This document shows positions 39,219 to 52,561 of a stretch of 64,000 nt of DNA, piece by piece (position 1 is the stretch's first letter; every line of letters starts with the position of its first letter). Below the pieces are notes generated by a model that saw only the letters and a list, made by a program, of their open reading frames with translations, made no database searches and had not been told where the DNA came from. Source of the stretch: Shigella phage ESh15. The position numbers and the translations under genes were made by a program. Location: the sequence record ON528725. One strand, 5' to 3'.

Positions 39219-39234
39219 AGGGCCTTCGGGCCCT
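39219..39234 (+). terminator. hairpin after wac (weak terminator)
   Basis: gggcc-ttcg-ggccc hairpin right after the wac stop; poor U tract. Confidence 0.4.
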
Positions 39235-39245
39235 AAAGGATTTAT

Positions 39246-40172
39246 ATGTCAGGTTATAATGCACAAAACCCTAAAGAATTAAAGGATGTAATATTACGTC
39301 GTTTAGGCGCTCCTATTGTAAATGTCGAATTAACTACAGACCAAATTTATGATTGTATTTCACGAGCGTTAGAACTTTATGGCGAATACCATTTTGACGG
39401 GTTGAATAAAGGTTTCCATGTATTTTTTGTTGATGACGAAGAAAAATACCGTCACGGCGTATTTGATATGCGTGGTTCTAACGTATTTGCTGTAACAAGA
39501 ATTATAAGAACAAACGTTGGCTCTATTACTTCAATGGATGGTAATGCAACTTATCCATGGTTCACTGATTTCCTTTTAGGAATGGCCGGTGTTTCAGGTG
39601 GTATGGGTAGTAATTGTGGTAAATTCTACGGCCCGAACGCTTTTGGCGCTGACCTCGGGTATTATTCTCAATTAGTATCTTATATGGGTATGCTTCAAGA
39701 TATGATTGCTCCTCTTCCAGACTTTTGGTTTAACTCTGCAAACGAGCAATTAAAAGTAATGGGTAATTTTAGACAGAAAGATGTCATTATCGTTGAATCA
39801 TATGTTCGCTCTTATATCGAGACCCATAAGATGGTAGGAAATACAGTAGGGTATGGTCAGGTCGGTCCTCGTGATTCATGGTCTATTTCTGAACGTTATG
39901 ATAATCCGGACCATAATTTAGTCGGACGTCGAGTTGGTGAAGATCCTGCAACTAAACAAGGCGCATATAACAATCGCTGGGTTAAAGATTATGCAACTGC
40001 ATTAGCTAAAGAGCTTAATGGACAAATTCTTGCTAAACATCAAGGTATGATGTTACCTGGTGGTGTCACTGTTGACGGTGTTCGATTAATTGAAGAAGCT
40101 CGTTTAGAGAAAGAAGCTTTACGAGAAGAGTTATATTTACTGGACCCTCCTGCAGGTATTTTGGTAGGTTAA
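39246..40172 (+). CDS. 13: gp13 neck protein
   Basis: 308 aa; synteny. Confidence 0.85.
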   Translation: MSGYNAQNPKELKDVILRRLGAPIVNVELTTDQIYDCISRALELYGEYHFDGLNKGFHVFFVDDEEKYRHGVFDMRGSNVFAVTRIIRTNVGSITSMDGNATYPWFTDFLLGMAGVSGGMGSNCGKFYGPNAFGADLGYYSQLVSYMGMLQDMIAPLPDFWFNSANEQLKVMGNFRQKDVIIVESYVRSYIETHKMVGNTVGYGQVGPRDSWSISERYDNPDHNLVGRRVGEDPATKQGAYNNRWVKDYATALAKELNGQILAKHQGMMLPGGVTVDGVRLIEEARLEKEALREELYLLDPPAGILVG

Positions 40173-40173
40173 T

Positions 40174-40938
40174 ATGGCAACTTATGATAAAAATCTTTTC
40201 GCCAAACTAGAAAATCGTGGTGGGTATTCTCAGACAAATGAGACTGAAATCCTCAATCCATTTGTCAATTTTAATAACTATGAGAATAGTCAGACATTAG
40301 CTGATGTTCTAGTGGCAGAAAGCATACAAATGCGCGGTATTGAATGTTTTTATGTTCCACGTGAATATGTTGCTGTGGACCTTATCTTTGGTGAGGACCT
40401 TAAAAATAAATTTACTAAAGCATGGAAATTTGCAGCATATCTGAACTCATTTGAAGGTTATGAAGGAGCGAAATCGTTCTTCAGCAACTTCGGAATGCAA
40501 GTTCAAGACGAAGTTACATTATCTATTAACCCAGGTCTTTTCAAACACCAGGTCAACAATCAGGAGCCCAAGGAAGGTGATTTAATATACTTCCCAATGG
40601 ACAACAGTTTGTTTGAGATTAACTGGGTTGAACCATATGACCCATTCTATCAAGTAGGTAAAAATGCGATTCGTAAAATTACTGCAGGCAAGTTTATTTA
40701 CTCTGGCGAAGAAATCAATCCGGTGCTTCAGAAAAATGAAGGTATCAATATACCTGAATTTAGTGACTTGGAACTTAACCCTGTTAGAAATCTTGACGGT
40801 ATCCATGACATTAATATCGATGAATATTCTGAAGTTGAGCAAATCAATTCAGAGGCAAGTGAATACGTTGAGCCGTATGTAGTAGTTAACAACCGTGGTA
40901 GACAAAATTCACCATTTGACGATGGGTTTATGAATTAA
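40174..40938 (+). CDS. 14: gp14 neck protein
   Basis: 254 aa; synteny. Confidence 0.85.
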   Translation: MATYDKNLFAKLENRGGYSQTNETEILNPFVNFNNYENSQTLADVLVAESIQMRGIECFYVPREYVAVDLIFGEDLKNKFTKAWKFAAYLNSFEGYEGAKSFFSNFGMQVQDEVTLSINPGLFKHQVNNQEPKEGDLIYFPMDNSLFEINWVEPYDPFYQVGKNAIRKITAGKFIYSGEEINPVLQKNEGINIPEFSDLELNPVRNLDGIHDINIDEYSEVEQINSEASEYVEPYVVVNNRGRQNSPFDDGFMN

Positions 40939-40990
40939 TAAATAGATAAGATAAAGCAAACACCGGTCGAAAGGCCGGTTAGGAGAAATG

Positions 40991-41812
40991 ATGTTTGGCT
41001 ATTTTTACAACTCGTCGTTCAGGCGATATATCACAATGATGGGCGATTTGTTTTCAAATATCCAAGTTAACCGTCAATTGTCTACAGGCAATAAATTAAT
41101 TAGAGTTCCTATTACGTATGCATCTAAAGAGCACTTTATGATGAAACTTAATAAATGGACCTCTATAAACTCACAAGAAGATGTGGCTAAAGTCGAAACT
41201 ATTCTACCACGTATAAATCTCCAAATGGTAGATTTCGTTTATAACCCAACGTTTAAAACGAATATATTGAATAACTCTCTTTTGAGTAAATCAACTAAGG
41301 ATATTGTAGACCAATACAACCCATCACCAATTAAAATGATTTTTGAACTGAGCATCTTTACTCGTTATGAAGATGATATGTTCCAAATCGTTGAGCAAAT
41401 TATTCCATATTTTCAGCCGCATTTTAATACGACTATGATTGAGCAATATGGACAGGATATTCCGTTTGAAAGGGATATTAAAGTCGTATGGATGGCAGCA
41501 GCAATGGATGAACAAATAGACGGTGATAATTTATCTCGTCGACGTTTAGAGTGGTCATTAACATTTGAAGTAAATGGATGGATGTATCCTCCGGTAGGCG
41601 CAGCTGAAGGCCTTATTAAAACGACTTATCTTGATTTTCATGCTAATGAACGAGACCTTCAAACAGCCGCCAGCGTTTTTGAATCAGTTGATACAGAAAT
41701 TAAACCGAGAGACGTTGAAGCACAAGATTGGAATGGTGAAGTTGAACAAACTTATACTCATGATATTCCAATCCCGACTCCACCAACCCCTCCTGGTCCT
41801 AGAAAACAATAA
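40991..41812 (+). CDS. 15: gp15 tail sheath stabiliser/terminator
   Basis: 273 aa from ATG 40991; MFGYFYNSSFRRY as in T4 gp15. Confidence 0.9.
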   Translation: MFGYFYNSSFRRYITMMGDLFSNIQVNRQLSTGNKLIRVPITYASKEHFMMKLNKWTSINSQEDVAKVETILPRINLQMVDFVYNPTFKTNILNNSLLSKSTKDIVDQYNPSPIKMIFELSIFTRYEDDMFQIVEQIIPYFQPHFNTTMIEQYGQDIPFERDIKVVWMAAAMDEQIDGDNLSRRRLEWSLTFEVNGWMYPPVGAAEGLIKTTYLDFHANERDLQTAASVFESVDTEIKPRDVEAQDWNGEVEQTYTHDIPIPTPPTPPGPRKQ

Positions 41813-44138
<2,326 letters not shown>

Positions 44139-44165
44139 AAATAAAGCAAATTAAGAGGAATTAAA

Positions 44166-46148
44166 ATGGCACTTCTCTCTCCGGGCGTTGAGCTCAAAGA
44201 AACTACCGTACAGAGTACTGTAGTTAATAACTCCACTGGTACTGCTGCCCTGGCTGGAAAATTCCAATGGGGACCTGCATTCCAGATTAAACAAATCACT
44301 GATGAAGTTGCATTAGTTGATATGTTTGGTACTCCTAATACGGATACAGCAGATTATTTCATGTCTGCTATGAACTTCCTTCAATATGGTAATGACCTTC
44401 GTGTTGTACGTGCGGTTGATCGTGATACTGCTAAGAACTCATCTCCTGTAGCAGGCAATATTGAATTCACAATCTCTGCTGCTGGTAGTAACTATGCAGT
44501 TGGTGATAAAATTATCGTTAAGTATTTGACCGAAACTGTTGAAGCAGATGGTTATGTCACTTCAGTTGATGTCGATGGTAAAATTCTTAACATTTATATC
44601 CCGACTGGTAAAATTATTGCTCGTGCAAAAGAAATTAATGAATATCCAGCATTGGGTTCTAACTGGACTGCCGAAGTTGCCAGTTCTTCTTCTGGACTCT
44701 CTGGCGTTATTACAATTGGTTCTATCGTAACCGATTCGGGTATTCTGTTAACTGAAGTTGAAACTTCTGAAGAAGCTATTACTTCTCTAACTTTCCAAGA
44801 ATCTATTAAAAAATATGGCGTCCCAGGCGTAGTTGCTCTTTATCCTGGTGAACTTGGCGACCAGCTCGAAATTGAAATCGTATCTAAAGCAGACTATGAC
44901 AAAGGTGCTTCAGCCCAGTTAAAAATTTATCCTGATGGTGGTACTCGTGCATCTACTGCTAAAGCAATCTTTGGGTATGGTCCACAAACTGATGACCAAT
45001 ATGCAATTATCGTTCGTCGTAACGATGCTGTAGTTCAGAGCGTAGTTCTTTCTACTAAACGTGGTGAACGCGATATTTATGGTAGTAATATCTTTATTGA
45101 TGATTTCTTTGCTAAAGGCGCAAGCAATTATATTTTCGCTACTGCACAAGGTTGGCCAAAAGGTTTCTCTGGCGTAATCAAACTGAGTGGTGGCTTATCA
45201 TCTAATGAAACGGTTGACGCTGGTGATTTAATGGAAGCTTGGGATTTGTTTGCTGACCGCGAATCTGTTAATGCGCAGTTGTTTATTGCTGGTTCTTGTG
45301 CAGGTGAATCTTTAGAAGTTGCTTCCACGGTTCAGAAACATGTTGTAGCAATTGGTGATTCTCGCCAAGATTGTTTGGTTCTTTGCTCACCGCCACGTGC
45401 AACTATAGTTGGTATTCCTGTTAATCGTGCAGTTGATAATCTGGTTGATTGGCGTACTGCGTCAGGAACTTACACTGATAATAACTTTAATGTAAGTTCT
45501 ACTTATGCTGCTATTGACGGTAACTATAAATATCAATATGACAAATATAATGACGTGAATCGTTGGGTTCCATTAGCTGCTGATATCGCTGGTCTTTGTG
45601 CTCGTACAGACAATATTTCTCAGCCTTGGATGTCTCCAGCCGGTTATAACCGTGGACAAATTCTTAACGTTATTAAGCTTGCAATTGAAACTCGTCAACC
45701 ACAGCGTGATCGTTTGTATCAGGAAGCTATTAACCCTGTTACTGGTACTGGTGGTGATGGGTATGTTCTGTATGGTGATAAAACTGCCACTTCCGTTCCT
45801 TCGCCATTTGACCGTATTAACGTTCGTCGTTTGTTCAATATGGTTAAAACGAACATTGGTTCAGCATCTAAATATCGCCTGTTTGAATTGAACAACGCAT
45901 TTACCCGTTCTTCTTTCCGTACAGAGACTTCTCAATATCTACAGGGTATTAAAGCTCTCGGTGGTGTATATAACTTTAAAGTTGTTTGTGATACTACCAA
46001 TAACACCCCAGCAGTTATCGACCGTAATGAATTTGTAGCTACTTTCTACTTACAACCTGCCCGCTCGATAAATTATATTACGTTGAACTTTGTAGCAACA
46101 GCAACTGGTGCCGATTTCGACGAACTAATTGGTGCTGTAGGTGGTTAA
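44166..46148 (+). CDS. 18: tail sheath protein gp18
   Basis: 660 aa; MALLSPG(V/I)EL... as in T4 gp18. Confidence 0.95.
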   Translation: MALLSPGVELKETTVQSTVVNNSTGTAALAGKFQWGPAFQIKQITDEVALVDMFGTPNTDTADYFMSAMNFLQYGNDLRVVRAVDRDTAKNSSPVAGNIEFTISAAGSNYAVGDKIIVKYLTETVEADGYVTSVDVDGKILNIYIPTGKIIARAKEINEYPALGSNWTAEVASSSSGLSGVITIGSIVTDSGILLTEVETSEEAITSLTFQESIKKYGVPGVVALYPGELGDQLEIEIVSKADYDKGASAQLKIYPDGGTRASTAKAIFGYGPQTDDQYAIIVRRNDAVVQSVVLSTKRGERDIYGSNIFIDDFFAKGASNYIFATAQGWPKGFSGVIKLSGGLSSNETVDAGDLMEAWDLFADRESVNAQLFIAGSCAGESLEVASTVQKHVVAIGDSRQDCLVLCSPPRATIVGIPVNRAVDNLVDWRTASGTYTDNNFNVSSTYAAIDGNYKYQYDKYNDVNRWVPLAADIAGLCARTDNISQPWMSPAGYNRGQILNVIKLAIETRQPQRDRLYQEAINPVTGTGGDGYVLYGDKTATSVPSPFDRINVRRLFNMVKTNIGSASKYRLFELNNAFTRSSFRTETSQYLQGIKALGGVYNFKVVCDTTNNTPAVIDRNEFVATFYLQPARSINYITLNFVATATGADFDELIGAVGG

Positions 46149-46180
46149 TAAGACGTCTGATGGGCTATTTCGGTAGCCCA

Positions 46181-46188
46181 TATAAATA
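46181..46188 (+). promoter_or_regulatory. late promoter TATAAATA for gene 19
   Basis: exact TATAAATA in the 18-19 intergenic region, directly after hairpin tgggcta-tttcgg-tagccca. Confidence 0.65.
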
Positions 46189-46260
46189 TACTATATCGTT
46201 TAAAAATTAATTCTATGGGCATCCGGTTAATCCTAAGCCCATATTACTACAGAGGCTAAT

Positions 46261-46752
46261 ATGTTTGTAGATGACGTAACTCGTGCCTTCGAATCAGGTG
46301 ATTTCGCTCGCCCTAACCTGTTCGAAGTAGAAATCTCTTATCTTGGGCAAAACTTTAGCTTCCAGTGTCGTGCTACGGCTCTTCCTGCTGCGATCGTTGA
46401 AAAGGTTCCTGTTTCTTATATGAACCGTAAAATTAACGTGGCCGGTGATCGTACATTTGATGATTGGACTATTACAGTAATGAACGATGATGCTCATAGC
46501 ATTCGTCAGAAATTTGTTGATTGGCAAGGTATTGCAGCAGGACAAGGTAATGAAATTACCGGTGGTAAACCTGCTGAATATAAAAAGACCGCTATCGTTC
46601 GTCAATTTGCTCGTGATGCTAAAACGGTCACTAAAGAAGTTGAAATTGTCGGCTTGTGGCCTACTAACGTTGGCGAAGTATCTCTTGACTGGGACAGCAA
46701 TAACGAGATTGAAACGTTCGAAGTAACTCTTGCTCTTGATTGGTGGGAATAA
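46261..46752 (+). CDS. 19: tail tube protein gp19
   Basis: 163 aa as in T4 gp19. Confidence 0.95.
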   Translation: MFVDDVTRAFESGDFARPNLFEVEISYLGQNFSFQCRATALPAAIVEKVPVSYMNRKINVAGDRTFDDWTITVMNDDAHSIRQKFVDWQGIAAGQGNEITGGKPAEYKKTAIVRQFARDAKTVTKEVEIVGLWPTNVGEVSLDWDSNNEIETFEVTLALDWWE

Positions 46753-46800
46753 TCTGGTTGGGGAGAAATCCCCAGCTTCCCGTGATGACGGAGAAGTCCA

Positions 46801-46808
46801 TATAAATA
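46801..46808 (+). promoter_or_regulatory. late promoter TATAAATA for gene 20
   Basis: exact TATAAATA 29 nt upstream of the gene 20 ATG. Confidence 0.7.
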
Positions 46809-46836
46809 TAACTATAATTCCCATTCGGAGAATACA

Positions 46837-48408
46837 ATGAAATTTAATATCTTAAGTTTGTTTGCTCCATGGGCAAAAATGGACGAACGTGATTACAAAG
46901 ACCAAGAAAAAGAAAATTTAGAATCGATCACCTCACCAAAATTAGATGACGGCGCTAAAGAATACGAAGTATCTGAAAATGAAGCACAGCAAACATATAA
47001 TGCTATGTTTCAGAGAATGTTCGGTAGCCAAGAACCAGGGCTCAAATCAACGCGTGAATTAATCGATACGTATCGAAATTTGATGACGAACTATGAAGTG
47101 GATAATGCAGTCTCTGAAATAGTTTCCGATGCTATCGTATATGAAGATGATACAGAAGTCGTTTCTATAAATTTAGACAACACAAAATTTAGTCCAAATA
47201 TCAAATCAATGATGTTGGATGAATTTAACGAAGTGTTAAATCATTTATCTTTCCAACGTAAAGGTTCAGACCATTTTAGACGTTGGTATGTAGATTCTCG
47301 AATTTTCTTCCATAAAATTATTGACCCTAAACGCCCTAAAGAAGGTATTAAAGAGCTTCGTCGTTTAGACCCACGTCAAGTTCAATATGTCCGTGAAGTT
47401 ATTACAACCACTGAAGCCGGTGTTAAAATAGTCAAGGGTTATAAAGAATATTTCATTTATGACACATCACACGAATCTTATGCTTGTGATGGTCGCATAT
47501 ATGAAGCTGGCACAAAAATAAAAATCCCTAAAGCCGCGATTGTTTATGCTCATTCTGGTTTAGTTGATTGTTGTGGTAAAAATATCATTGGTTATTTGCA
47601 TCGGGCTATTAAGCCGGCGAACCAATTAAAACTTCTTGAAGATGCCGTCGTAATTTATCGTATTACTCGTGCTCCAGATCGTCGTGTATGGTACGTTGAT
47701 ACAGGTAATATGCCTTCAAGAAAAGCAGCAGAACATATGCAACATGTTATGAATACGATGAAAAACCGTATTGCGTATGATGCTACTACAGGCAAGATTA
47801 AAAACCAGCAGCATATTATGTCGATGACCGAAGATTATTGGTTACAACGACGTGATGGTAAAGCAGTAACAGAAGTTGATACATTACCAGGTGCAGATAA
47901 TACTGGAAATATGGAAGATGTACGTTGGTTCCGTAATGCGCTTTATATGGCTTTACGTATTCCTATTACCCGTATTCCAAGCGACCAAGGTGGTATACAG
48001 TTTGATGCTGGTACTTCTATTACACGAGATGAATTGTCATTTGGTAAATTTATTCGTGAGCTGCAACATAAATTTGAAGAGATATTCCTAGACCCGCTTA
48101 AAACTAATTTAATTCTTAAAGGAATTATTACAGAAGATGAGTGGAATGATGAAATAAATAATATTAAGATAAAATTTCATCGGGATAGTTATTTCTCGGA
48201 ATTAAAGGATGCTGAGATTCTGGAGCGTCGCATTAATATGCTTCAGATGGCCGAACCATTTATTGGTAAATATATTTCTCACAGAACAGCTATGAAAGAT
48301 ATTCTTCAGATGTCTGACGAGGAAATTGAACAAGAGGCTAAGCAAATTGAAGAAGAGTCGAAAGAGGCTCGTTTCCAAGACCCCGACCAAGAACAAGAGG
48401 ATTTTTAA
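46837..48408 (+). CDS. 20: portal vertex protein gp20
   Basis: 523 aa; synteny. Confidence 0.95.
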   Translation: MKFNILSLFAPWAKMDERDYKDQEKENLESITSPKLDDGAKEYEVSENEAQQTYNAMFQRMFGSQEPGLKSTRELIDTYRNLMTNYEVDNAVSEIVSDAIVYEDDTEVVSINLDNTKFSPNIKSMMLDEFNEVLNHLSFQRKGSDHFRRWYVDSRIFFHKIIDPKRPKEGIKELRRLDPRQVQYVREVITTTEAGVKIVKGYKEYFIYDTSHESYACDGRIYEAGTKIKIPKAAIVYAHSGLVDCCGKNIIGYLHRAIKPANQLKLLEDAVVIYRITRAPDRRVWYVDTGNMPSRKAAEHMQHVMNTMKNRIAYDATTGKIKNQQHIMSMTEDYWLQRRDGKAVTEVDTLPGADNTGNMEDVRWFRNALYMALRIPITRIPSDQGGIQFDAGTSITRDELSFGKFIRELQHKFEEIFLDPLKTNLILKGIITEDEWNDEINNIKIKFHRDSYFSELKDAEILERRINMLQMAEPFIGKYISHRTAMKDILQMSDEEIEQEAKQIEEESKEARFQDPDQEQEDF

Positions 48409-48641
48409 TGGACGATTTAATTCAAGCTATTAAATCAAACGACCTCGTTGCTACTCGAAAGTTTTTTGAAAGTGCAATGGCAGAAAAAACGGTTCGTTTG
48501 ATTGAAGCACGCAAAGCAGAAATCGCTTCTCAATTTTTGATTGAAGGCGAAGAACCTGAAGAAGAAGAAAAGAAAGCTTCGGAAGACGACGCTGATGAAG
48601 GCGATGACGACGAAGACGAAGATGATGAGGACGACGAATAA
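48408..48641 (+). CDS. 67: prohead core protein gp67
   Basis: 77 aa with acidic C-terminal tail; position after gene 20. Confidence 0.8.
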   Translation: MDDLIQAIKSNDLVATRKFFESAMAEKTVRLIEARKAEIASQFLIEGEEPEEEEKKASEDDADEGDDDEDEDDEDDE

Positions 48642-49066
48642 TGTATCTTATCCCTGAATCTTATGAATTGGTACTCGAAAATGTCGAAGCACTTATTCCT
48701 GAAGCACAGGGCCGAATCGATGCATTGTCTTCCGCTCTCGATATTGACGATATAAATACTATTATCGAGAACATGCTTGAAACTGAAACGGATTTAGCTG
48801 TTGCAATGGCTTCCATTATTAATGAAGAACAGTTAAATGAGTTTATCGTTAAACATGTTTCTTCTCGTGGTGAAGTCACCCGCACTAAAGACCGTAAAAC
48901 TCGTGAACGTAACGCGTTCCAAACAACCGGTCTTTCTAAAGCAAAACGTAGACAAATCGCTCGTAAGGTCGTTAAAGCTAAAAAAGCTAACCCTTCAGGC
49001 CAAGTTAAAGGCATGCGTAAGCGTAAAAAAGCTCTTAAACGTCGTAAAGCATTAGGATTAAGCTAA
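48641..49066 (+). CDS. 68: prohead core protein gp68
   Basis: 141 aa, basic C-terminus; synteny. Confidence 0.8.
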   Translation: MYLIPESYELVLENVEALIPEAQGRIDALSSALDIDDINTIIENMLETETDLAVAMASIINEEQLNEFIVKHVSSRGEVTRTKDRKTRERNAFQTTGLSKAKRRQIARKVVKAKKANPSGQVKGMRKRKKALKRRKALGLS

Positions 49067-49707
49067 TGAATAAACCCGAGTTACTTATTGAAACTTGGGG
49101 TCAACCCGGTGAGATTATTGATGGCGTTCCAATGTTGGAATCTCATGATGGAAAAGATTCTGGCTTAAAACCAGGGCTTTATATAGAAGGTATTTTTCTT
49201 CAGGCAGAGGTTGTTAACCGAAATAAACGTTTATATCCTAAACGCGTTTTGGAAAAAGCAGTAAGTGACTATATTAAAGAACAAGTCGCAACCAAACAAG
49301 CCCTTGGAGAATTAAACCATCCACCTCGCGCAAATGTTGACCCTATGCAAGCCGCTATCATTATTGAAGATATGTGGTGGAAAGGAAACGATGTATATGG
49401 ACGCGCTAGAATTATTGAAGGCGACCATGGTCCCGGCGATAAATTAGCTGCTAATATACGAGCTGGTTGGATTCCAGGTGTTTCCTCTCGTGGTCTTGGT
49501 TCTTTAACCGACACCAATAAAGGGTACCGTATCGTGAACGAAGGATTTAAATTAACCGTCGGCGTAGATGCCGTATGGGGACCTTCTGCTCCAGATGCTT
49601 GGGTTACTCCTAAACAAATATCAGAATCAGAAAATTCGGTGGAAATCACCAAAAACAGTGCTGATGAAGCATTTAAAGCTCTCGCAGAGAGTTTAAAAGC
49701 ATTATAA
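49066..49707 (+). CDS. 21: prohead core scaffold and protease gp21
   Basis: 213 aa; synteny 68-21-22. Confidence 0.9.
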   Translation: MNKPELLIETWGQPGEIIDGVPMLESHDGKDSGLKPGLYIEGIFLQAEVVNRNKRLYPKRVLEKAVSDYIKEQVATKQALGELNHPPRANVDPMQAAIIIEDMWWKGNDVYGRARIIEGDHGPGDKLAANIRAGWIPGVSSRGLGSLTDTNKGYRIVNEGFKLTVGVDAVWGPSAPDAWVTPKQISESENSVEITKNSADEAFKALAESLKAL

Positions 49708-49710
49708 ATA
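49703..49710 (+). promoter_or_regulatory. late promoter TATAAATA for gene 22
   Basis: exact TATAAATA overlapping the gene 21 stop, 31 nt upstream of gene 22. Confidence 0.7.
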
Positions 49711-49740
49711 ATAATGTAATCTAAACCACAGGACACTAAA

Positions 49741-50553
49741 ATGATCAAAGAACAACTTTTGAAAGAAGCTCAGAATATCGAGACTTCAGTTGCTCTTAAT
49801 AGTGTTTTCGAATCAGTAGAACTGTCTCCGGACGTTAAAGCTAATTTCAGCACTGTATTCGAAGCCACCGTTAAGCAGGAAGCAGTCAAACTAGCTGAAT
49901 CTCATATCAAAGCTATCGCCGAAAAAGCCGAAGAAGAAGTTGAAAAGGCTAAAGAAGATGCTGAAGAGAAAGCTGATAAAAAATTGGCTGAACAAGCTTC
50001 TAAATTCCTGGACCATCTTGCAAAAGAATGGCTCGCAGAAAACCAAATCGCAGTTGATAAAGGCATTAAAGCTGATTTGTTTGAATCCATGCTTGGTGGT
50101 CTGAAAGAACTGTTTGTTGAACATAACGTTGTTGTTCCAGAAGAATCTGTAGATGTTGTAGCAGAAATGGAAGAAGAGCTGGCCGAACATAAAGAAGAAA
50201 CCGCTCGTTTGTTCGAAGAAGTTACCAAACGTGATGCATATATCAATTACGTTCAGCGTGAAACCGCTATTAATGAAAGCGTAAAAGACCTGACTGAATC
50301 TCAGAAAGAAAAAGTTATTGGCCTGGTTGAAGGTATGGATTATTCTGACGCATTTGGTACTAAGTTAACTGCTATTGTAGAAATGGTTAAAGGTTCTACT
50401 AAAGAAGAAGCCGCTATTACCGAAAGTATAAATACAGTTGACAATGACGCTGCCGGTCTTAATTTTGTTGCCGAAGCAGTTGACACTACCACAACTCAGG
50501 TAGAACAGAATTCTAATGTAAGTTTATATGCGAAAGTCGCATCTCGTTTCTAA
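49741..50553 (+). CDS. 22: prohead core scaffold protein gp22
   Basis: 270 aa acidic coiled-coil; synteny. Confidence 0.9.
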   Translation: MIKEQLLKEAQNIETSVALNSVFESVELSPDVKANFSTVFEATVKQEAVKLAESHIKAIAEKAEEEVEKAKEDAEEKADKKLAEQASKFLDHLAKEWLAENQIAVDKGIKADLFESMLGGLKELFVEHNVVVPEESVDVVAEMEEELAEHKEETARLFEEVTKRDAYINYVQRETAINESVKDLTESQKEKVIGLVEGMDYSDAFGTKLTAIVEMVKGSTKEEAAITESINTVDNDAAGLNFVAEAVDTTTTQVEQNSNVSLYAKVASRF

Positions 50554-50570
50554 TTTAAAGGTTAACACAA

Positions 50571-52139
50571 ATGACTACTATCAAAACTAAAGCTCAGCTC
50601 GTAGACAAATGGAAAGAACTGCTGGAAGGTGAAGGCCTGCCGGAAATCGCTAATAGCAAGCAGGCTATTATCGCTAAAATCTTCGAAAACCAGGAAAAAG
50701 ATTTCGAAGTATCCCCTGAATATAAAGACGAGAAAATCGCTCAGGCATTTGGTTCTTTCTTGACCGAAGCTGAAATTGGTGGTGACCACGGTTATAATGC
50801 TCAGAACATCGCAGCAGGTCAAACCTCTGGTGCAGTAACCCAAATTGGGCCGGCAGTTATGGGTATGGTTCGTCGTGCTATTCCTAATCTGATTGCTTTT
50901 GATATTTGTGGTGTTCAGCCTATGAACAGCCCGACCGGTCAGGTATTTGCTCTCCGTGCAGTATATGGTAAAGACCCTATCGCTGCTGGCGCTAAAGAAG
51001 CTTTCCATCCGATGTATGCTCCGGATGCAATGTTCTCTGGTCAGGGTGCTGCTAAGAAATTCCCAGCTCTGGCTGCTAGCACACAAACCACAGTAGGTGA
51101 TATCTATACTCACTTCTTCCAGGAAACTGGTACTGTATATCTGCAAGCTTCTGTTCAAGTAACAATCGATGCCGGTGCAACTGATGCTGCTAAATTAGAT
51201 GCCGAAGTTAAGAAACAAATGGAAGCTGGTGCACTGGTAGAAATCGCTGAAGGTATGGCTACTTCTATCGCTGAACTCCAGGAAGGTTTCAACGGTTCTA
51301 CCGATAACCCATGGAATGAAATGGGCTTCCGTATCGATAAACAAGTTATCGAAGCTAAATCTCGCCAGCTGAAAGCTGCTTACTCTATCGAATTAGCACA
51401 AGACCTCCGTGCAGTACACGGTATGGATGCTGATGCTGAACTGAGCGGTATTCTGGCTACAGAAATTATGCTAGAAATCAACCGTGAAGTTGTTGATTGG
51501 ATTAACTACTCAGCACAGGTTGGTAAATCTGGTATGACCCTGACTCCGGGTTCTAAAGCCGGTGTATTTGACTTCCAGGACCCGATTGATATCCGTGGTG
51601 CTCGTTGGGCCGGTGAAAGCTTTAAATCTCTGTTGTTCCAGATTGATAAAGAAGCAGTTGAAATTGCTCGTCAAACCGGTCGTGGTGAAGGTAACTTCAT
51701 TATCGCTTCCCGTAACGTAGTTAACGTACTGGCTTCAGTTGATACTGGTATTTCTTACGCTGCACAGGGTCTGGCTTCTGGTTTTAATACCGACACTACT
51801 AAGTCTGTATTTGCCGGTGTACTTGGTGGTAAATACCGCGTATACATCGACCAGTATGCTAAACAGGATTACTTCACCGTTGGTTACAAAGGCGCTAACG
51901 AAATGGATGCAGGTATCTACTATGCTCCTTACGTTGCACTTACCCCACTGCGTGGTTCCGATCCTAAGAACTTCCAGCCGGTAATGGGCTTTAAAACTCG
52001 TTACGGTATCGGTGTTAACCCGTTTGCTGAAAGTTCCCTGCAGGCTCCAGGTGCTCGCATCCAGTCCGGTATGCCGTCTATCCTGAACAGCCTTGGTAAG
52101 AACGCTTACTTCCGCCGTGTATATGTAAAAGGCATCTAA
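50571..52139 (+). CDS. 23: major capsid protein gp23
   Basis: 522 aa; nearly identical to T4 gp23 over long stretches as recalled. Confidence 0.98.
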   Translation: MTTIKTKAQLVDKWKELLEGEGLPEIANSKQAIIAKIFENQEKDFEVSPEYKDEKIAQAFGSFLTEAEIGGDHGYNAQNIAAGQTSGAVTQIGPAVMGMVRRAIPNLIAFDICGVQPMNSPTGQVFALRAVYGKDPIAAGAKEAFHPMYAPDAMFSGQGAAKKFPALAASTQTTVGDIYTHFFQETGTVYLQASVQVTIDAGATDAAKLDAEVKKQMEAGALVEIAEGMATSIAELQEGFNGSTDNPWNEMGFRIDKQVIEAKSRQLKAAYSIELAQDLRAVHGMDADAELSGILATEIMLEINREVVDWINYSAQVGKSGMTLTPGSKAGVFDFQDPIDIRGARWAGESFKSLLFQIDKEAVEIARQTGRGEGNFIIASRNVVNVLASVDTGISYAAQGLASGFNTDTTKSVFAGVLGGKYRVYIDQYAKQDYFTVGYKGANEMDAGIYYAPYVALTPLRGSDPKNFQPVMGFKTRYGIGVNPFAESSLQAPGARIQSGMPSILNSLGKNAYFRRVYVKGI

Positions 52140-52163
52140 TCTTAATTGATTAAATCTTATTTT

Positions 52164-52195
52164 GGGAGACTTCGGTCTCCCATTTTTGGTTTTAT
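52164..52195 (+). terminator. rho-independent terminator after gene 23
   Basis: gggagac-ttcg-gtctccc followed by ATTTTTGGTTTT. Confidence 0.8.
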
Positions 52196-52461
52196 TTCTG
52201 TGCAATTTTGATGTAAGTTTTCAAAATATTTTGCCAATTAGGCATACCTTCTTGGACATATGCCGGAGAACCGTCTTTGTTTTTGAATGATGCAAGTTTA
52301 TCAGTGGCCCAATAACCTTTAGCTCGAGCTTCAGAATCAACTTTCATCCATACTTTGTTGAAGGCATTACCATTAACTTTTGCACCGTATTTTTCTACTA
52401 ACTTAACGGCTTCAGCTTCCAGAACTTTTAAAGTATCTCTTAAGAAACGTGCTTTAGTCAT
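52192..52461 (-). CDS. hypothetical basic protein (89 aa) between genes 23 and 24
   Basis: minus-strand ORF with GAGGAG SD and its own early-promoter cassette; occupies the locus where T4 carries segD. Confidence 0.5.
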   Translation of the reverse strand: MTKARFLRDTLKVLEAEAVKLVEKYGAKVNGNAFNKVWMKVDSEARAKGYWATDKLASFKNKDGSPAYVQEGMPNWQNILKTYIKIAQK

Positions 52462-52488
52462 TTTGTTTACTCCTCTGTAGTTGATAAG

Positions 52489-52521
52489 TCTATAGTATCA
52501 CATACCAAATACGTTGTAAAC
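52489..52521 (-). promoter_or_regulatory. early promoter cassette inside the late region
   Basis: gtaaac 52516-52521, -10 TACTAT; leader 52468-52503 matches 15841-15877 with one mismatch. Confidence 0.55.
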
Positions 52522-52527
52522 AATCTT

Positions 52528-52535
52528 TATAAATA
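52528..52535 (+). promoter_or_regulatory. late promoter TATAAATA for gene 24
   Basis: exact TATAAATA 27 nt upstream of the gene 24 ATG. Confidence 0.7.
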
Positions 52536-52561
52536 ATCTATATCACATAAGGAAAAATGCA

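Noticed and set aside
40921-40990. Late promoter upstream of gene 15 (taataaatag)
   Set aside because: It differs from TATAAATA at key positions; gene 15 is probably read from an upstream late promoter.
52192-52461. Fragment of a homing endonuclease (segD remnant) for the 89-aa ORF
   Set aside because: No GIY-YIG or HNH motifs are present; it is kept as a hypothetical protein.
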